A stretch of 64,000 bases of DNA from Alphaproteobacteria bacterium (lineage in GTDB: Bacteria > Pseudomonadota > Alphaproteobacteria > GCA-2731375), in contig CBDDPY010000002.1 of assembly GCA_965232515.1 (NCBI GenBank), forward strand, positions 3,360,001-3,424,000. The letters are read 5' to 3'. A program made the translations under genes and the position numbers. Below are positions 59,747 through 64,000 of this stretch, in pieces (positions within the stretch are counted from its first letter, which is position 1; each line of letters opens with the position of its first letter). The notes beneath the pieces were generated by a model. The model did no database searches, had not been told where the DNA came from, and worked only from the letters and a program-made list of their open reading frames with translations.

Positions 59747-60535
59747 TCACTCCGAAAGGCGGTATTGCGTGGGCGTGCCCTGGTCGGGGCCGGTGATGGC
59801 GTAGCCGCCGTCGACGGGCAGGTCGATGCCGGTGACGAAGCGGGCGTTGTCGGACAACAGGAACAGCACGGCCGCCGCCACTTCCTCGGCATCGGCGACG
59901 CGGCCGAGCGGGTGGTAGTCGGCCGCGATCCGGTCGGCCTTGGCGCGGTCGCCGCCGGCGGCGTCGATGATCGGCGTGGTCCAGGTCCAGGCCGGTGAGA
60001 CCAGGTTCACGCGGATCCGGTCGGCCGAATAATGCATGGCCTGATTGCGGGTGACCTGGCGGATCGCGGCCTTGGTGGCAGGATAGATGCCGCGGCCGCG
60101 CTGGCCGAACTTGGCGGCGATGGAGCTGAAGTTCACTACCGCGCCGCCGCCCCGCTGACGCATGGCCGGGGCCGCGGCCTCGACCATGTGGGCCGGGCCG
60201 ACGATGTTGCAGTCGAAGCCGGCGAGCCAGCGCTCGCGCGTGGAGTCGAGGCCGTCGTCCTTGAACACAACGGCGCCGTTCACCAGGCCGTCGATGCCGC
60301 CGAAGGCGGCCTCGGCGCGGCCGACGCAGGCGGCGATGGCGGCATCGTCGGTGACATCCGTCGCCATAAACTCGCCGGCGTCGGCGAGCTCGGTCGCGAG
60401 CGCCTCGCCGGCCTCCACGTCAATATCGGCGATCAGCGCCCGGCCGCCGGCGGCCACCAGGCCGCGCGCCGTCGCCGCGCCGATGCCCTTGGCGCCGCCG
60501 GTGATGATCGCGACCTTGCCGGTCAAGCCGTCCAT
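59747..60535 (-). CDS. SDR family oxidoreductase
   Basis: TGGAKGIG, YPATK, VDGGY. Confidence 0.93.
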   Translation of the reverse strand: MDGLTGKVAIITGGAKGIGAATARGLVAAGGRALIADIDVEAGEALATELADAGEFMATDVTDDAAIAACVGRAEAAFGGIDGLVNGAVVFKDDGLDSTRERWLAGFDCNIVGPAHMVEAAAPAMRQRGGGAVVNFSSIAAKFGQRGRGIYPATKAAIRQVTRNQAMHYSADRIRVNLVSPAWTWTTPIIDAAGGDRAKADRIAADYHPLGRVADAEEVAAAVLFLLSDNARFVTGIDLPVDGGYAITGPDQGTPTQYRLSE

Positions 60536-60771
60536 ATCCGTTCCCTCCTCCCGTGTAGCGCTCGGCGCGAAAAGCATACACAATTTCAGACGCGCGGCCG
60601 CTTCCCATGAAGTGGAAAGCGGCCGCGCGTTTGTTTTCGCTCACGGCAGCGGACCTAACGGTCCGCGCCTGCGCGGGCGCGCCGGACGACCGGCGGGCCG
60701 CAGTCGCGGCCTGGTATAGTTTTGTTTGGGCGCGCTACGGCGACGAAGAACGACGAGTGGGAGGAATTCGC

Positions 60772-62463
60772 ATGCATGACCTGGTGATCACCAACGCCTC
60801 GATCTGCGACGGCCTGGGCAACCCCGCTTTCGAGGGCAGCCTGGCCGTGAAAGACGGCCGCATCGCGATGATCGGCGCCAAGGGCGACGACCTGGGCGCG
60901 GCGGCCGAGACCGTGGACGCCCAAGGCCTGACGCTGGCGCCGGGGATCATCGACATCCACACGCATTACGACGCGCAGCTGACCTGGGACGCTTACGCGA
61001 CGCCGTCGAGCGGGCTTGGCGTCACCACCGTGGTGATCGGCAATTGCGGCTTCACCATCGCGCCCTGCAAGCGGGGCGACCGCGATATCACCATGCGCAA
61101 CCTGACCCATGTGGAAGGCATGTCGCTGGAGGCCATGCGGGCCGGCATCGAATGGGACTTCGAGAGCTACGCCGATTATATGGACTCGCTGACGCGGCGC
61201 GGCGTGGTGCCGAACGTGGCGGCGTTCGTGGGCCATTCCTCGGTGCGGACGTTCGTGCTGGGCGCGGACGCGTCGAAACGCGCGGCGACGCCGGACGAGG
61301 TGGCGCGGATGAAGCAGATCGTGCGCGAGGCGATTGCGGCCGGCGCCGTCGGCTTCGCGACCTCGACGCTGGAACAGCATAACGGCGAAGGCGGCGTGCC
61401 GATGCCGTCGCGGCTGGCCGACGATCACGAGATGCTGGAGCTGACCGGGGCGCTGGGCGAGGCCGGGCGCGGCGTCTTCATGCTGACCAAGGGCACGCGG
61501 TCGGATATTCCGTGGCTCGAGAACATCGCCGCCAACAACGGCCGGCCGGTGATGATCGCCGCCATGTTCATCGATCCGGGCGACCCGGAGCGGGTGTTCC
61601 GCGAGCTCGGTGAGATTGCCGAGGCCAATGGGCGCGGCCGCGAGCTGATCGGCCAAGTCGGCTGCTTCCCGCTGGGCATGGAGTTCACCATGCGCCACCC
61701 CTACCCGCTGGAAGCGCTGATCGCCTGGCGGCCGGCGATGGAGGCGGAAGGTACCGACGACTACAAGCGCGTGCTGGCCGATCCCGCCTTCCGCCAGGGC
61801 CTGCGCGACGAGGTCGCGGTGCCGGGCGTGCCGAACCGCTTCACCAACCAGTGGGACACCATGTTCATTGCCGAGGTCGGCAAGCCCGAGCACCAGCACC
61901 TCGTCGGCAAATCGGTGGGCGAAATGGCGCGCGCCGAGGGCAAGGACAATTTCGACTGGTTCCTGGACTTCGGCCTCGCCGACGACCTCGACACGCTGTT
62001 CCAGGTCAGCCTGTTCAACATCGACGAGGACAACGTCATCCACCTGCTGAAGCATCCGAACGCGGCGGTGGCGCTGTCGGACGCGGGCGCGCACCTGTCG
62101 TTCCTGTGCGACGCCGGTTTCGGACTGCACCTGATGGGCCACTGGGCGCGCGAGCGCGGCGACCTGAGCCTGGAGGAAGCGGTACGGATGGTCACCAGCC
62201 GGGCGGCCGATGTGTATCGCATCAAGGACCGCGGGCGCCTCGTGCCCGGCGCCTGGGCCGACCTGATGCTGTTCGACCCGGCCACCGTCGGCCGCGGCGA
62301 GAAGCGGAAGGTGAACGACCTGCCGACCGGCGCCGTGCGCCTGGACACGCCGGCTGTCGGCCTGCACGGCGTCTGGATCAACGGCGTCCGCACCTTCGAT
62401 GCCGACGGCGTGATCCAGGACTGCGGCCGGCCGGGTCAGGTGTTGCGGGACTTCGCGGCCTAG
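60772..62463 (+). CDS. N-acyl-D-amino-acid deacylase family amidohydrolase
   Basis: PGIIDIHTHYD, GVTTVVIGNCG, SDAGAH, ADLMLFDP. Confidence 0.92.
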   Translation: MHDLVITNASICDGLGNPAFEGSLAVKDGRIAMIGAKGDDLGAAAETVDAQGLTLAPGIIDIHTHYDAQLTWDAYATPSSGLGVTTVVIGNCGFTIAPCKRGDRDITMRNLTHVEGMSLEAMRAGIEWDFESYADYMDSLTRRGVVPNVAAFVGHSSVRTFVLGADASKRAATPDEVARMKQIVREAIAAGAVGFATSTLEQHNGEGGVPMPSRLADDHEMLELTGALGEAGRGVFMLTKGTRSDIPWLENIAANNGRPVMIAAMFIDPGDPERVFRELGEIAEANGRGRELIGQVGCFPLGMEFTMRHPYPLEALIAWRPAMEAEGTDDYKRVLADPAFRQGLRDEVAVPGVPNRFTNQWDTMFIAEVGKPEHQHLVGKSVGEMARAEGKDNFDWFLDFGLADDLDTLFQVSLFNIDEDNVIHLLKHPNAAVALSDAGAHLSFLCDAGFGLHLMGHWARERGDLSLEEAVRMVTSRAADVYRIKDRGRLVPGAWADLMLFDPATVGRGEKRKVNDLPTGAVRLDTPAVGLHGVWINGVRTFDADGVIQDCGRPGQVLRDFAA

Positions 62464-62493
62464 CGCGGGCTGCCCTTCGACATTCGATGGCCG

Positions 62494-62600
62494 ATCCTTC
62501 GAGACGCGCCCTTACGGGCGCTCCTCAGGATGAGGTTTGCATTTTATATCAACGCCTTACCTCATGCTGAGGAGGTCCCGGAGGGACCGTCTCGAAGCAT
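62494..62600. repeat. REP doublet, CCTCATxCTGAGGAG type
   Basis: CTTCGAGACG..CTCCTCAGGATGAGG...CCTCATGCTGAGGAG..CGTCTCGAAG inverted pair between convergent genes. Confidence 0.8.
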
Positions 62601-62613
62601 GCGATATCGCCCG

Positions 62614-62949
62614 CTAGACCAGCGGCACGAAGTCGTAGTCGCCGACGCCCTGCAGGATCAGGAAGGTGGCCGACGTGTCGCCGGCATTGGTGACGAGGTG
62701 CGGCCGGCGGGGTTCGACGGCATAGCTCTCGCCCGGCTCGAGCGTCAGCTCGGCCTTGGGGTTCTGCAGGAAGATACGCAGGCGGCCCTCGAGGACGTAG
62801 AAGGTATCGCTGATCTGGCTGTGATAGTGCCAGGGCACCTTCTGGGTCGGCGAGAGGCGGATTTCGTTGATACGGAAGCCGGGGCGTTCGGCATGCCGCG
62901 CACGGTATTCGACCTCGTAGAGATGGCTGGCGTCCGTTACCGCTTCCAT
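62614..62949 (-). CDS. Cupin domain protein
   Basis: VPWHYHSQISDTFYVLEG...PH.V.N. Confidence 0.88.
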   Translation of the reverse strand: MEAVTDASHLYEVEYRARHAERPGFRINEIRLSPTQKVPWHYHSQISDTFYVLEGRLRIFLQNPKAELTLEPGESYAVEPRRPHLVTNAGDTSATFLILQGVGDYDFVPLV

Positions 62950-63016
62950 GGTCGATGCTCCTGTTCCGTTCGGATCAGGATCGGTCGAAACGCCGGCGAC
63001 GGCAATAGATGCGCGG

Positions 63017-63808
63017 TCAGCGGCCGGCATAGGCGGGCGCGCGGCGGGCCTGCCAGGCGTCGAGGCCCTCGCGCAGGTCGTGGCTCGGAACCAGGCGGGC
63101 GAACTGTTCGCTCTCCGTCTGCAGGCCTTCGGCGATGCCCATGTTGAGGCCGCGCGTGACCGCGGTGATGATGCCAGCGATGGCCAGCGGCGAATGCCGC
63201 AGGATGCGTTCGGCGAGCGCGCGGGCAGCGGGCAGCAGGTCGTCGTGCGGCACGACCTGGTTGACGAGGCCGAGGTCCAGCGCCGTCTCGGGCGAAAAGC
63301 TGTCGCCGGTGAGCAGCCGTTCGAGCGCCCGCTTGCGGCCGGCGAGGCGGGGCAGGCGTTGCGTGCCGCCGAAGGTCGGCGGCATGCCGAGCGCGATCTC
63401 CGGCTTGGCGAACGACGCGCGGTCGCTGGCAATGGCGAGATGCACGGCCTCGGTGATCTCGCAGCCGCCGCCATAGGCGAGGCCGTTGACGGCGGCGATC
63501 ACCGGCTTGACGAAGGCTTCGAGCCGCGCGGTCATGGCCTGACCGCGGCGGACGAAGTCGCGCACCGCGGCATTCGGGCCGGCCGCGACGCTCTGCGAGA
63601 ACTCGGCGATGTCGGCGCCGGCGGAAAACGCGCGATCGCCGGCGCCGGTGACGATGATGACGCCAACGTTGGGGTCCGTCTCCAGGCGGTCGAGCGCCGC
63701 CATCAACGCATCGGCCATGGCGTAGTTGATGGCGTTCAGCTTCGCCGGACGGTTCAGGGTGAGGGTGGCGATGCCGTCGGCGATCTCGCAGAGAACGGGG
63801 CTCGACAT
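63017..63808 (-). CDS. Crotonase / enoyl-CoA hydratase
   Basis: FSAGADI, GGGCE, KPEI, GGTQRLPR. Confidence 0.94.
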   Translation of the reverse strand: MSSPVLCEIADGIATLTLNRPAKLNAINYAMADALMAALDRLETDPNVGVIIVTGAGDRAFSAGADIAEFSQSVAAGPNAAVRDFVRRGQAMTARLEAFVKPVIAAVNGLAYGGGCEITEAVHLAIASDRASFAKPEIALGMPPTFGGTQRLPRLAGRKRALERLLTGDSFSPETALDLGLVNQVVPHDDLLPAARALAERILRHSPLAIAGIITAVTRGLNMGIAEGLQTESEQFARLVPSHDLREGLDAWQARRAPAYAGR

Positions 63809-63844
63809 GGGTGACGCTCCTTGATTACGGAAGGAGCGTCACCC
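63809..63844 (-). promoter_or_regulatory. Perfect 14-bp hairpin covering the crotonase RBS
   Basis: GGGTGACGCTCCTT-N8-AAGGAGCGTCACCC immediately before the ATG. Confidence 0.65.
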
Positions 63845-63901
63845 TCGCGCCGGATGCCCCGCCCGGCAATCGCCGAATATTCAACCGACGATGACGCGTT
63901 T

Positions 63902-64000
63902 TCATGCCCGACGCCGCTTCATCTCGGCGGCGAGGCGGTCGGCGAGACCGGGGCTGACCTCGGTCATCGGCAGGCGGACCTCGGGCGACGCGATCAGGCC
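63902..64000 (-). CDS. 3' end of a probable DapA-family aldolase (partial)
   Basis: GLIASPEVRLPMT...MKRRRA*; VRLP is typical of DapA C-termini. Confidence 0.55.
   Translation of the reverse strand, partial: GLIASPEVRLPMTEVSPGLADRLAAEMKRRRA

Overview
GC-rich bacterial chromosomal segment, most likely from an alphaproteobacterium (Rhodospirillales-like, judged from PutA, NfuA, GrxD, FdxA, YajQ and CGTC-type repeats). It is densely coding and mostly catabolic: TRAP and Dpp-type transporters, putA, iorAB-like molybdoenzyme, GcvT-family oxidoreductase, acyl-CoA ligase and crotonases, amidase, D-aminoacylase and a PQQ propeller. I saw no rRNA, tRNA, CRISPR array or transposase. The best candidate for an undescribed system is 5564-9303: paaX, two divergent PaaA/PaaC-family ferritin-like proteins with incomplete diiron ligand sets, a small unknown protein and a flavodoxin, tied together by two matching PaaX-type operators, with no paaB/D/E in the window. 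Other highlights: an Fe-S/sulfur module under a Cys-rich MarR and a Cys-poor Rrf2; an autotransporter-like passenger ending in a PEP-CTERM-like anchor, with a 705-bp internal duplication, opposite a TIGR03032-like gene; a PEP-CTERM gene bracketed by two REP-like hairpins; a Cle-like receiver paired with a His-less Hpt; an Alr-fold enzyme lacking its catalytic Tyr loop; and a terminator-containing leader upstream of iorA. All family calls come from recognising motifs by eye; no database searches were run.
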